A DNA stretch of 64,000 bases. Origin: an uncultured Bacteroides sp. Its GTDB lineage: Bacteria > Bacteroidota > Bacteroidia > Bacteroidales > Bacteroidaceae. This document shows positions 28,935 through 38,842 of the stretch, in pieces (within the stretch, counting starts at the first letter, position 1; every line of letters begins with the position of its first letter). The notes under the pieces were generated by a model, which ran no database searches, was not told the origin of the DNA, and saw only the letters and a program-made list of their open reading frames with translations. The translations under genes were made by a program, and so were the position numbers. The stretch spans positions 3,288,365-3,352,364 of the forward strand of contig OY762899.1 of the NCBI GenBank assembly GCA_963666545.1, given 5' to 3'.

Positions 28935-30710
28935 ATGAAGATTTATAAAAAAATATTATATATTGCATGCATGGTAGGATCAACCATGTTGACTGGCTGT
29001 GATGATTTTCTTACGGCTGACAATAAAAGCTCTGTGACGGATGCTGATTACTTTGCTACTGCTTCTGGCTTCCAGTCTCTCGTGTACGATGCGTATGCTC
29101 AATTAACAAGTATATATAACAGCTCTGACGTAACCGCTTATTTCAATGCTGGTACAGATTTGTATCATGATGGTCGTGGAGATATTAACGCAGCATTGCA
29201 CCGTTGGTCTAACTTTACGCCTGAAAATGGAATTGTAAAAACATTCTATACTGATTGTTACGATGGTATTCGCTCTTGTTTGGCCATTCAGTACTATGCG
29301 CCTACTGCAAACGTTAGCGATGATGTTAAACAGAAAGCAATTGATGAAGGACGTTTTGTCGAAGCAATGTTCTACTACTTGTTGGTAAACAACTATGGTG
29401 GTGTACCGTTAGTAAAAGAATATGCTAGTTCTGCTGTTAAAGGTTATCCGCGCGCTACAGCAGAGCAAGTCTATACTTATATTATAGATGAACTGAAAAA
29501 CATTATTGCAAACAATAAGTTAGCGGCTTCAACTGCAACAAAAGGAGGAGGCGAGGCTAGCATCGAAGCAGCTAAAGCCTTGCTGGCAAAGACTTACCTT
29601 TCTGCAGCTTGGGACTTAAACAAGTCAGAGTACTTCACGGAAGCTGCAAAATATGCTGATGAAGTGATTGCTAGTCGTTCATTAACTACTGAGTTTGCCG
29701 ATTTATGGGCTGCTGACCGTTCGGGAGATGACAATGCCGAGTTCCTTTTTGATGTGGAATATGACTACAACAGTGCTCACGACCAAAATACAGGTAACCG
29801 TTGGCAATCATTCTATTCTGGTTATTACGGAGGTGCAGAAGAGGGTATGAAAAACGGTTCTTCAGGTTTTATTCCTCTCATGCACACTTTGAAGTATTTT
29901 GAACCGGGTGATAAACGATATGATGCAACGTTCATGAAAACGTTGTTAGTGAAAAAAGCATGGGATCCGGCAATGGGATTCAAAGAAAACGGCACTCCGA
30001 TAGGTGATTACTTTGCTTTCTATTCAAATGGAAAGAAGGCCAAAGGCAAAATGGTTGGTGTTTATTATCCTGCTTACTGGGAGTGTGACGCTGCATCTGT
30101 TGCAGCATGGCGTGCTGAAGATCCAGCTAACAGAACTAATACGTTTATTATTCCTCAGAATGATCTGACTGCAGGAATGGAGCCTATGACTAACTATATA
30201 AAAGATCTTGCTGGATATCCTGATGGTGTGATTACCAAATATGATTTCACAGCTGCACAAAAGTGGAGTTGGGCAGTAAGTCCTTGCCGTAAGTTTGATG
30301 ATAGTCAAACGGCTCAATACAATGCTGGCAAAAGTTTCCGTGATTTACACGTCATTACACTACCGGAAATTTTCCTTGTAGCTGCCGAAGCTTATTTCAA
30401 AGCTAGCAATAATGATTTAGCGCTTAAGCGTATGAATGCACTTCGCAAACGTGCGGGGCTTGGCGATGCTACAAGTATCAATATGGATGCCATCCTTAAA
30501 GAGTCTGCTTGTGAAATGTTTGGAAACGGTTATCGTCGTATGGAATTGCGCCGCACTGGCAAACTTATAGAATATAATAATCTATATAATCCTAATCTTT
30601 TAAACACTGCGGCAACAGCTATTGGTGAAAAGCTATTATGGCCTATTCCACAAGCTGCTATTGATGCAAATGACCAATTAACTTCTGCTGATCAGAATCC
30701 GGGATATTAA
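28935..30710 (+). CDS. susD: SusD/RagB-family nutrient-binding outer-membrane lipoprotein
   Basis: The ATG at 28935 gives MKIYKKILYIACMVGSTMLTGCDDFL (lipobox Cys). TPR-like SusD features are present, and it lies directly downstream of susC. Confidence 0.9.
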   Translation: MKIYKKILYIACMVGSTMLTGCDDFLTADNKSSVTDADYFATASGFQSLVYDAYAQLTSIYNSSDVTAYFNAGTDLYHDGRGDINAALHRWSNFTPENGIVKTFYTDCYDGIRSCLAIQYYAPTANVSDDVKQKAIDEGRFVEAMFYYLLVNNYGGVPLVKEYASSAVKGYPRATAEQVYTYIIDELKNIIANNKLAASTATKGGGEASIEAAKALLAKTYLSAAWDLNKSEYFTEAAKYADEVIASRSLTTEFADLWAADRSGDDNAEFLFDVEYDYNSAHDQNTGNRWQSFYSGYYGGAEEGMKNGSSGFIPLMHTLKYFEPGDKRYDATFMKTLLVKKAWDPAMGFKENGTPIGDYFAFYSNGKKAKGKMVGVYYPAYWECDAASVAAWRAEDPANRTNTFIIPQNDLTAGMEPMTNYIKDLAGYPDGVITKYDFTAAQKWSWAVSPCRKFDDSQTAQYNAGKSFRDLHVITLPEIFLVAAEAYFKASNNDLALKRMNALRKRAGLGDATSINMDAILKESACEMFGNGYRRMELRRTGKLIEYNNLYNPNLLNTAATAIGEKLLWPIPQAAIDANDQLTSADQNPGY

Positions 30711-30740
30711 TAGTTCTATGCGATAGAAATTATTTGAAAA

Positions 30741-30780
30741 GAAAAGAGGACATCATTGCTGGTGTCCTCTTTTCTTTGTT
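30741..30780 (+). terminator. intrinsic terminator after susD (12-bp stem GAAAAGAGGACA/TGTCCTCTTTTC)
   Basis: Perfect 12-bp stem followed by a T-rich tract. Confidence 0.7.
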
Positions 30781-30799
30781 CGCCTAGCATGGTCGATGA

Positions 30800-31325
30800 G
30801 AGTTATCGCTCTTAACTGGGAAGATTTTTACCATACGCACTGACCGAGTGATAGAGTCTCACTCCTTTGCAACCCGTACAGTGATGTCCGGCTGATGTTA
30901 AAGAAGTCAGCAGATACCATAGTACCTGTTTTTTTTCAGGGAAGGGTTGAATATTAAACGGTTCCCTAAAGCCCCGTTTAGATTGTATGCGCTCAGAACA
31001 GCCAACCTTACCTGAGTGCGTTATTCAACAATCAATAGTACAAAGTTATTTGAATGAAGGATATAGCTATGTCATCGAACTTGATTTAGAGAAATTCCTC
31101 GACAAGGTTAACCATGACAAACTAATGAGCCTTTTGAGTTTTCGTCTATCGGATAAAGTCCTTTTAAAACTAATTCGCCGCTATCTGCGAACGGGTATCT
31201 TGGAGAATAGTCTATGTCATCCCCGTGAAGAGGGGACTCCGCAAGGAAGCCCATTGAGTCCGATATTATCGAACTTGCTATTTGATGAACTGGACAAGGA
31301 ACTCGAACGGCTTGGTTTTCAGTCA
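30800..31325 (+). pseudogene. decayed group II intron reverse transcriptase/maturase fragment
   Basis: The translation contains the RT blocks VIELDLEKFLDKVNHDKLMSLL and EEGTPQGSPLSPILSNLLFDELDKELERLG. It has no YADD catalytic block, the upstream RT-like frame is broken by stops, and an internal segment is missing between IQQSIVQ and NEGY. Confidence 0.6.
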
Positions 31326-31434
31326 CTGCTTACATGCTACAAGCTTGTCATGTTTAATAAATCGCCACGTGCCGAACGGCATGCATGGTGGTGTGAGAGG
31401 TCGGAAAAACCTCTTGCTCTTGACAAGAAATCGT

Positions 31435-32589
31435 TTATTTCAGCCACTTGTCAAAAAAGAGCAGTGTTTCCCGCTGCATTTCTTTGTTGAAGAAGTGTTT
31501 CTCATCCCAGAGTTTAGTAACCAACCGATCATCCGCTTTTTGACTACTCCATACTTGGTGCATGGTGTCGTATGCGCTCTGCACACCAGCAACGGGAAAG
31601 AGTTTGTCTTTCGTCCCGTTGAAGAACAGAGAAGGTTTGGGGCAAGCGATAGAAGCTACGTGCGGGTAGTCCATGAAGCGGCGGATACCAGGCACAATCA
31701 TTGAGTAGGCCGAACCTCCTTTATTTTGGTTGTTGGTAAGGGTCATCAATGAATCGGTTGTGTTCATCCAACAGATAGCTGCTGAGGCTTTGATGCGGTC
31801 GGTAGCGGCAGAGAGCATCCAGGCACGATAAGCTCCCATTGAGAAACCGAGAGTGCCTATTTTCTCAGGGTCGACTTCGGGGAGAGTAGCTAAGAAGTCA
31901 ACACTGCGTACATCGTCCATCGTAATCACACTTCCCCACGAAGTACCCATCTGCAATAAATTGGATGCCAATGCCTGTTGGCCGTTGTAGTCCGCTCCCT
32001 CTTTTTGTCCGCGTTCTCCCCAAAACAAGGCATCAATAACGAGTACAACATAACCATGTGCAGCAAAATAATCGCCAGTGTATTGACCCTCATAACATTT
32101 CACTGACCAATCGTCGGCATCGGCCATCACTTCGGGTGATACGCCGAAAGGTCTGACCATCTTTTCTTTTCCGATGGTGAAGTGCGCGCCATGATCGTGT
32201 AGCATCACAATGGCAGGGAAAGGACCTTTTCCCTCGGGTACAAGTAGATAGGCGGGTATGCGACTCCAACCTGACACATTGAATAAGATTTTTCGTGCTT
32301 CGTAACCACTACGCTTTTCGGTGGCCACTACCTCTAGGTTGTATGCATTGGGGGTAGGAGGAAGGTTTTGCATACACTCCATCAAGACTTCGCGTGCCTT
32401 TATCCGCCAACGGTTAAAGTTCTTTTCCGTTGCGTTTTCCCAAGCCATGGGGTAGGTCAATTGCTGCTTTACTTTATCGTAAAAAGAGGGCATGTTTCTT
32501 GTCACTTCATAGAGGTGTTCACCGTCGTTTTGGCTTTTTATCGGCAAAAAGAAGAGGATGACGAAGAGAAAAAGAAGGAATCTTTTCAT
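31435..32589 (-). CDS. alpha/beta-hydrolase (putative carbohydrate esterase, dienelactone hydrolase/acetyl esterase-like)
   Basis: The ATG at 32589 gives the signal peptide MKRFLLFLFVILFFLPIKSQ. Nucleophile elbow GFSMGA. A -7 box (plus-strand CAAAGATA at 32614-32621) lies inside the longer ORF. Confidence 0.72.
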   Translation of the reverse strand: MKRFLLFLFVILFFLPIKSQNDGEHLYEVTRNMPSFYDKVKQQLTYPMAWENATEKNFNRWRIKAREVLMECMQNLPPTPNAYNLEVVATEKRSGYEARKILFNVSGWSRIPAYLLVPEGKGPFPAIVMLHDHGAHFTIGKEKMVRPFGVSPEVMADADDWSVKCYEGQYTGDYFAAHGYVVLVIDALFWGERGQKEGADYNGQQALASNLLQMGTSWGSVITMDDVRSVDFLATLPEVDPEKIGTLGFSMGAYRAWMLSAATDRIKASAAICWMNTTDSLMTLTNNQNKGGSAYSMIVPGIRRFMDYPHVASIACPKPSLFFNGTKDKLFPVAGVQSAYDTMHQVWSSQKADDRLVTKLWDEKHFFNKEMQRETLLFFDKWLK

Positions 32590-32685
32590 GGTGTTATGTC
32601 TTAAATAGGGTAACAAAGATAATGCGAATATCTGTTTAATTTGTATCTTTACACCCATTAATTCATGTAAAAACACACTCGGTTT

Positions 32686-35600
32686 ATGAGGAAATTCTGC
32701 ATCGTATGCCTTTTGTTACTAGCCCATCTTGCTTCTCAAGCCCAAAAGAATTGCTTGTTCACTCATTATTCTTCAGAAGATGGATTATCACAAAATACAG
32801 TGATGAGTGTACTACAAGACCGCAAAGGTAATATGTGGTTTGCCACGTGGGATGGCATCAATAAGTTTAATGGATATTCCTTCAAAACATACAAAGCCCG
32901 CCAAGGCAACCAAATCACCCTGACAAATAATAGGGTGGACTATATCTACGAAGACAAATACGATTATATATGGGTGCAATCTTATGATAACAGGGCACAC
33001 CGGTTTAATCCGCGCACTGATTTCTTTGAGCAAGTACCGGCTATGGGCGAGGGAACGTCATTCAATATTACTTCTATAAATGTATTGCCTAATGGTACGA
33101 CATGGCTACTTACGGAAAATGATGGGGCCATTCGTGTGGTTACTGATCCGCATACCGGCAAACTGAACTCTGCCATTTATTCATTAAAGTCCGGTTTATT
33201 TCCGTCTCAACGAGTGTTTGGTGTCCACTTAGATAAGGCCGGAAATGAATGGATGTTGACGGACAACGGTTTGGGCATGATTCATTCAGGAGCACAAACT
33301 CCTGTTTCTTATTTCGTAGAGACGCAGAATTTACATTCGCACTTCGAACAAGGATTCTATACTTGTTTGGAACACGACGGTGAACTCTTTTTCGGTTCCG
33401 ATAAGGGTAGGGTATGGTGTTATCAGAAGACAACACAACGTTTCCAACTACTTGAAATGCCAACAAAGTCGCATGTTGTCTCCATCAATGCGGTGGGTAA
33501 TGATGAACTGGTTATCACCACTTCGACCGATGGCTTCTTTACCTATCACCTCAAATCAAAAAAAACAGAACATTTCTCTCCCGCCAAGAACAAACAATTG
33601 CCGGATAAGAATATCCTTTCAGTCTATGTTGATAAGAGTTTTGAGGTTTGGTTTGAGCAACAGGAAGAGGGCTGTGTCGTTCATTTTAACCCGTTTACAA
33701 AAGTCTTGAAGCGTGAGCAGATGAAAACAGAATCGGCTAGTGCCGATCGTGCTCGTCCGGCGTTTCACATTCATGAGGATATACATGGATGTGTTTGGGT
33801 GCATCCTTTTGGAGGAGGTTTCTCCTACTTCGATAGAAAGAAAAATAGCCTTATTCCTTTCTACGATGAACCGGGAACTAAAGAATGGCGTTTTTCGAAT
33901 AAAATTCATTCCACTTATTCCGACAGACAAGGCAATCTGTGGATCTGTACGCATAGCAAAGGATTGGAAAAAGTGACCTTTTCTTCCGCACAATTTTATC
34001 TGGAGAAACCTGTACCGCATGACTATGAATCACTTAGTAATGAAGTGCGTGCTTTGTATGAAGATCATGACCGGAATGTGTGGGTGGGGCTAAAGGATGG
34101 TATGCTACGGGTATATGGCAGAAATGGAAGCTATTTGGGCTACCTGACAGAGTCCGGTACTATTTCTCAATCCGGCAACCCACTGAAAGGGGTTACGTAT
34201 GCGTTGATGCAAGAGAAGAATGGTATCTTGTGGATTGCCACCAAAGGAGACGGACTGATCAAAGCTCAGAAAGTGGGTAAGTCGGCGTATAAACTGACTC
34301 GTTATCAGTATAATGCCGATGATATCTATAGTCTGAGTAATAATAATGTCTATAGTGTATATGAAGACCATCACGGAAGAATTTGGGTAGCAACCTTTGC
34401 CGGCGGATTGAATTATATGTCAAAAGATAAGCAAGGCAACGTCATATTCATCAATCATCGCAACAATCTAAAAGGTTATCCCATTGATCATTGTTATAAA
34501 GTTCGTTTTATCACTTCCGATAATAGGGGACATCTGTGGGTTGGAACAACTAATGGGGCTATCTCTTTCAATGAAAACTTCACGAATCCTGAGGGAATAC
34601 GTTTTAATCACTACTCTCGCATACCGAGTGAAAATAGTAGCTTGAGCAATAATGACGTGCATTGGATCGTTTCAACTCGAAAAAACGAATTGTATTTGGC
34701 TACATTCGGTGGTGGATTGAATAAATTGCTCTCTATGGACAAAGAGGGAAAAGCCAAGTTTAAAGTTTATACGGTTGATGATGGTTTGCCCTCCGATGTT
34801 CTTCTTTCTATTCGTGAAGATCGCAAGGGAAGCCTATGGATTAGTACTGAAAATGGGATCAGTAAATTCATTCCTTCCGAGCAAAGGTTTGAAAACTACG
34901 ACGATAAAAGTCTTCCGGTGAGAGTGCGCTTCAACGAGGCTGCATCGACTATTACTTCGGGTGGGAAGATTTTATTTGGAGCCAGTAACGGCATTTTCAG
35001 GTTTAATCCTGACTCCATTCGCAAGAGTAACTATGTGCCGCCTATTGTGTTCTCAAAGCTCTTGATAGCCAATAAAGAAATAGTGCCCGGTGAAGATCAA
35101 ATATTGAAGCAGGGGCTGGATGAAACCTCGGAACTTGAACTGTCTCATAAAGAGAATATTGTGACCATTCAATATGCAGCGTTGGACTATACGAATCCCG
35201 GAAATATCCAGTATGCTTATATGCTCGAAGGTTTCGAGAAAGACTGGACCTATGCGGATAAACAGCGCAGTGCCACTTATACAAACCTTCCTAAGGGAGA
35301 GTACACTTTCAAAGTAAAATCTACCAATAGTGACGGCGTTTGGGTGGAGAACACTCGTGTGCTACCTATCGTGGTGTTACCTTCTTTTTGGGAAACGCCT
35401 TTGGCTTACCTTCTCTACGTCTTGTTCATCTTGTTGATCATCTTTGTAGCAGTCTACATTCTGTTCACCATCTATCGGTTGAAACACGAAGTTTCTGTAG
35501 AACAACAAGTGTCGGACATCAAGTTACGTTTCTTTACGAATGTATCTCATGAACTGCGTACACCGCTAACTTTGATTGCCGGTCCGGTGGAATATGTTCT

Positions 35601-37125
35601 TAAGAATTCGAATTTACCCGATGATGCCCGCGAGCAGTTGGTGGTTGTGGAGCGCAACACCAGTCGCATGCTTCGTTTGGTGAATCAGATTTTGGACTTT
35701 CGGAAGATTCAAAACAAGAAGATGAAGATGCAGGTGCAAAGGGTCAACGTGGTTGCCTTTGTACAACGAATCATGGAGAACTTTGAGTCGTTGGCCGAAG
35801 AGAACCATATCGATTTTGTGTTTGAAACTGAAAAAGACCAACTCTGCTTGTGGGTGGATGTTGATAAGTTTGAGAAAATTGTCTTCAACCTGCTATCAAA
35901 CGCATTCAAGTACACTCCCGGTGGAAAGGCAATTACTGTCTTCATCCGCGAAGATGCTGAAACTGTTTCGGTAGGTGTGCAAGATCAAGGCATTGGAATT
36001 GCCGAAAACAAGAGAAACTCCATCTTTATTCGTTTCGAAAATCTGGTAGATAAGAATCTTTTCAACCAATCGAGTACGGGTATTGGTTTATCCTTGGTCA
36101 AAGAATTAGTCGAAATGCATAAAGCTACGATTACCCTCGATAGTAAATTAGGCGAAGGTAGTTGCTTCAAGGTTGATTTTCTGAAAGGGAAAGAACATTA
36201 TGATGATTCAGTGGAGCTTATCCTTGACGACTTCGTGGGAACAATGTCTTCGTGTAGAGATGTTAGTGGCATTTGCTGCTTAGAAATGCCTCAAGAGACA
36301 CAACCTAATCCGGCAGAGGAAGAAGCAGGCAAACGAAAAGAGGTTATGTTGCTGGTAGAAGACAATTCGGAACTTCGTTTCTTTTTGCGCACTATTTTTG
36401 CCTCCACATACAATGTCGTTGAGGCTGCTGATGGTATGGAGGGTTGGAGCAAAGCGTTGAAGTACCTTCCGGATATGATTATTAGTGATGTGATGATGCC
36501 CGAGAAAGATGGAATTGAGATGACGAAAGAGCTACGCGCTGACATGACGACCAGTCATATACCCATCGTACTGCTTACGGCCAAAACGAGTATCGAGAGC
36601 AAGCTCGAAGGATTGGAATATGGAGCCGATGATTATATCACTAAACCCTTTAGTGCCACTTATCTAAAAGCCCGTGTAGAAAATCTGCTCAGTCAACGTC
36701 GAAAGCTTCAGGCTTTCTACCGGGATAATCTGATGAACTATAACTCTGCGGAGGGAGAGGAAATAGGAGAGAAGCAACCCGAGATGTCTCTCATCGACAA
36801 GAAGTTTATGGATAAATTGGCTGAAATGATGGAGAAGAATATGGATAATGGAGAACTGGTGGTAGATGATTTAGTGAGCGAACTTGCTGTGAGCCGCTCC
36901 GTCTTCTTTAAAAAGCTCAAAACCCTTACCGGTTTGGCTCCCATTGAATTTATCAAAGAGATGCGCATCAAACGTGCTGCTCAACTTATTGAAACAGGTG
37001 AGTTCAACATGACTCAGATTTCTTATATGGTGGGTATTAACGATCCCCGCTATTTCAGTAAGTGCTTCAAGCAGAAATTTAATATGACCCCGACCGAGTA
37101 TCGTGATGCTGCTTTGAAGAAGTAG
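32686..37125 (+). CDS. hybrid two-component system sensor kinase/response regulator (HTCS) with AraC-type output
   Basis: 1479 aa. Signal peptide, long periplasmic repeat (beta-propeller-like) region, TM helix (LAYLLYVLFILLIIFVAVYIL), HisKA FFTNVSHELRTPL (His codon 35548-35550), HATPase, receiver (LLVEDNSELR...ISDVMMPEKDG) and C-terminal AraC HTH (PRYFSKCFKQKFNMTPTEYR). Confidence 0.93.
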   Translation: MRKFCIVCLLLLAHLASQAQKNCLFTHYSSEDGLSQNTVMSVLQDRKGNMWFATWDGINKFNGYSFKTYKARQGNQITLTNNRVDYIYEDKYDYIWVQSYDNRAHRFNPRTDFFEQVPAMGEGTSFNITSINVLPNGTTWLLTENDGAIRVVTDPHTGKLNSAIYSLKSGLFPSQRVFGVHLDKAGNEWMLTDNGLGMIHSGAQTPVSYFVETQNLHSHFEQGFYTCLEHDGELFFGSDKGRVWCYQKTTQRFQLLEMPTKSHVVSINAVGNDELVITTSTDGFFTYHLKSKKTEHFSPAKNKQLPDKNILSVYVDKSFEVWFEQQEEGCVVHFNPFTKVLKREQMKTESASADRARPAFHIHEDIHGCVWVHPFGGGFSYFDRKKNSLIPFYDEPGTKEWRFSNKIHSTYSDRQGNLWICTHSKGLEKVTFSSAQFYLEKPVPHDYESLSNEVRALYEDHDRNVWVGLKDGMLRVYGRNGSYLGYLTESGTISQSGNPLKGVTYALMQEKNGILWIATKGDGLIKAQKVGKSAYKLTRYQYNADDIYSLSNNNVYSVYEDHHGRIWVATFAGGLNYMSKDKQGNVIFINHRNNLKGYPIDHCYKVRFITSDNRGHLWVGTTNGAISFNENFTNPEGIRFNHYSRIPSENSSLSNNDVHWIVSTRKNELYLATFGGGLNKLLSMDKEGKAKFKVYTVDDGLPSDVLLSIREDRKGSLWISTENGISKFIPSEQRFENYDDKSLPVRVRFNEAASTITSGGKILFGASNGIFRFNPDSIRKSNYVPPIVFSKLLIANKEIVPGEDQILKQGLDETSELELSHKENIVTIQYAALDYTNPGNIQYAYMLEGFEKDWTYADKQRSATYTNLPKGEYTFKVKSTNSDGVWVENTRVLPIVVLPSFWETPLAYLLYVLFILLIIFVAVYILFTIYRLKHEVSVEQQVSDIKLRFFTNVSHELRTPLTLIAGPVEYVLKNSNLPDDAREQLVVVERNTSRMLRLVNQILDFRKIQNKKMKMQVQRVNVVAFVQRIMENFESLAEENHIDFVFETEKDQLCLWVDVDKFEKIVFNLLSNAFKYTPGGKAITVFIREDAETVSVGVQDQGIGIAENKRNSIFIRFENLVDKNLFNQSSTGIGLSLVKELVEMHKATITLDSKLGEGSCFKVDFLKGKEHYDDSVELILDDFVGTMSSCRDVSGICCLEMPQETQPNPAEEEAGKRKEVMLLVEDNSELRFFLRTIFASTYNVVEAADGMEGWSKALKYLPDMIISDVMMPEKDGIEMTKELRADMTTSHIPIVLLTAKTSIESKLEGLEYGADDYITKPFSATYLKARVENLLSQRRKLQAFYRDNLMNYNSAEGEEIGEKQPEMSLIDKKFMDKLAEMMEKNMDNGELVVDDLVSELAVSRSVFFKKLKTLTGLAPIEFIKEMRIKRAAQLIETGEFNMTQISYMVGINDPRYFSKCFKQKFNMTPTEYRDAALKK

Positions 37126-37142
37126 TGTTCTCTTTTTGTTGT

Positions 37143-37190
37143 TAATCATAAAAGCCTCCGTTTGAGATATAACGGAGGCTTTTATGATTA
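37143..37190. terminator. bidirectional terminator, perfect 20-bp stem
   Basis: TAATCATAAAAGCCTCCGTT (37143-37162) is the exact reverse complement of 37171-37190, with an 8-nt loop. It lies between convergent genes. Confidence 0.8.
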
Positions 37191-37202
37191 AACACTTATA
37201 CT

Positions 37203-38828
37203 TTAATTTCTCCAACGTGGATCGCCACAAGTAGCTGAACCGCTAAAGGAATTATCCTTAATACTAAAGTTACCTGTGGAAGGAGCAGTAAACAAGTCAG
37301 TTGACGTGCCATTGTAGGATGTTGTGCCTGCTATGGCATTTGCGCTGAATACCCAGTCGGAGGTAACGTAGCTATTATTCACTGTTGCAGTAGCCGAACT
37401 ACGAATACCCTTTGCTGTAGCACTTTGTGTTAGTGCAAAGATACAGTTGCTTATTCCAATGCCATTAGAAGGTCCATTACTTGTTCCACCAAAATCAATG
37501 AAATATCTTCCGGCAGCAATCATATTATAGAAGGTACATTTATCAAACAGAATACTTGTGGTATTGGTGCTCTTGCTAAGAATAAATCTGCCTACGCCGT
37601 TGAATGTACTATTTGTAATGCTGATGTTATTGACTACACCCGCACCACTAGCATCAGCATTGATGAAGTAATAACTATCCTTCAAGTTAGACACAATGCA
37701 ATTATTATAAGATAGCGTTCCAATTGTTTTGGCTCCGGAACCTTGTAGACGGAATGGAGTATTGGCAAAATCGTGAACTAAACAATCGTCAAACGAAATA
37801 GTACTAACGGTCGTTGCTGCAGACTGATTGAATAGATAAGGATTCAGGGTGGAAGTGATCGTTCCATTTTCGTACATATAACCTGTAATATCGAGGTTAC
37901 TAAACTTTATAAATGCATGGTTAGCACTTAGTGTGATTGCCTTGATGGATAGAATTGCTTTGCTTTCACCCGGTAAACCAAAGAAATTGATAGACAATCC
38001 ATTAGGAATGGTCAATCCGGAATTGTTGGCAAAGAGTACGCCGGCAGGAATAGCCAGTGTGGCAGAGGAATAAGCCGCCAGTTGATCAAGTAATGTTTGG
38101 TTGATAGAGTCGCCTGCTGCAAGATATACCGTATGATCAGCCGTAGGAACATCCGGATATGTTTCAAAGCTAACAGACCCTCTTTTTGATTCGCCATTGT
38201 ATATGTTGGCTGTGTAAGTTGTTTGTGGACTTAACCCGGTTACTGTGATGTATCCATTCTCTACGTCTTCAGCTGTTAATGCGATCGTTTGCGCCACGAC
38301 TTCACCATTTAATAGTTTAAGGCTGGTGACTGTTTTACCGGCTTCCCATTTAAGAGTTGCACTTGAAGAGGTTTTATCGGCTGCAGCTACAGCACTCATG
38401 ATTTGCTCAGACTTGGTACTGAACGAATACTTTTCGTAGTAACCCCATTTGGAATTGCCGAGTGTTTCCGAGCAAGAGCGAATGCGGATATAATATTTGG
38501 TTGAACTATCCAGATGGGTGAGTGTATAAGGTGATTTAGTGATAGACTTATCTTTACCATAAACCAGAGAGCTACTTTGTATCTCGTCTTGATACAAAGA
38601 ATCCTTGCTTACTTCGATAATATAATAACCGGTTTTAGGAGTAGCAGTCCAAGCAACGAGTGCTTCCGTAGCTGCAGGGGATATGCCGATTGAAGTCGTG
38701 TGGAATAAGCGATTATATGTGTCGTCTGTATTCCAGTCGTTGGCATCGTCGCAAGATGTAGCGATAAAAGCTGTCAGGAGCAATAAGCTCGCTGACAATA
38801 CTCTGTATTTTACTTTATTTATTTTCAT
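37203..38828 (-). CDS. surface lipoprotein with FN3-like N-terminal domains and right-handed beta-helix repeats (DUF4957/DUF5123-like, pectin PUL accessory protein)
   Basis: 541 aa. Lipobox LLTAFIATSCDD. The C-terminal half is rich in N-x-[ST]-[IV] parallel beta-helix-type repeats. It sits directly after susD, as in Bacteroides pectin PULs. Confidence 0.65.
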   Translation of the reverse strand: MKINKVKYRVLSASLLLLTAFIATSCDDANDWNTDDTYNRLFHTTSIGISPAATEALVAWTATPKTGYYIIEVSKDSLYQDEIQSSSLVYGKDKSITKSPYTLTHLDSSTKYYIRIRSCSETLGNSKWGYYEKYSFSTKSEQIMSAVAAADKTSSSATLKWEAGKTVTSLKLLNGEVVAQTIALTAEDVENGYITVTGLSPQTTYTANIYNGESKRGSVSFETYPDVPTADHTVYLAAGDSINQTLLDQLAAYSSATLAIPAGVLFANNSGLTIPNGLSINFFGLPGESKAILSIKAITLSANHAFIKFSNLDITGYMYENGTITSTLNPYLFNQSAATTVSTISFDDCLVHDFANTPFRLQGSGAKTIGTLSYNNCIVSNLKDSYYFINADASGAGVVNNISITNSTFNGVGRFILSKSTNTTSILFDKCTFYNMIAAGRYFIDFGGTSNGPSNGIGISNCIFALTQSATAKGIRSSATATVNNSYVTSDWVFSANAIAGTTSYNGTSTDLFTAPSTGNFSIKDNSFSGSATCGDPRWRN

Positions 38829-38842
38829 AGTTCCTCTAATTA

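Noticed and set aside
30987-31704. ORFs 30987-31490 and 31282-31704, considered as intact genes.
   Set aside because: The first is only a fragment of a group II intron RT and lacks catalytic YADD, so I called it a pseudogene. The second overlaps the 3' end of the alpha/beta-hydrolase gene in antisense.
33140-36971. Numerous 60-130 aa ORFs on both strands inside the HTCS gene.
   Set aside because: The HTCS frame is continuous and carries all expected domains. The others are shadow ORFs.
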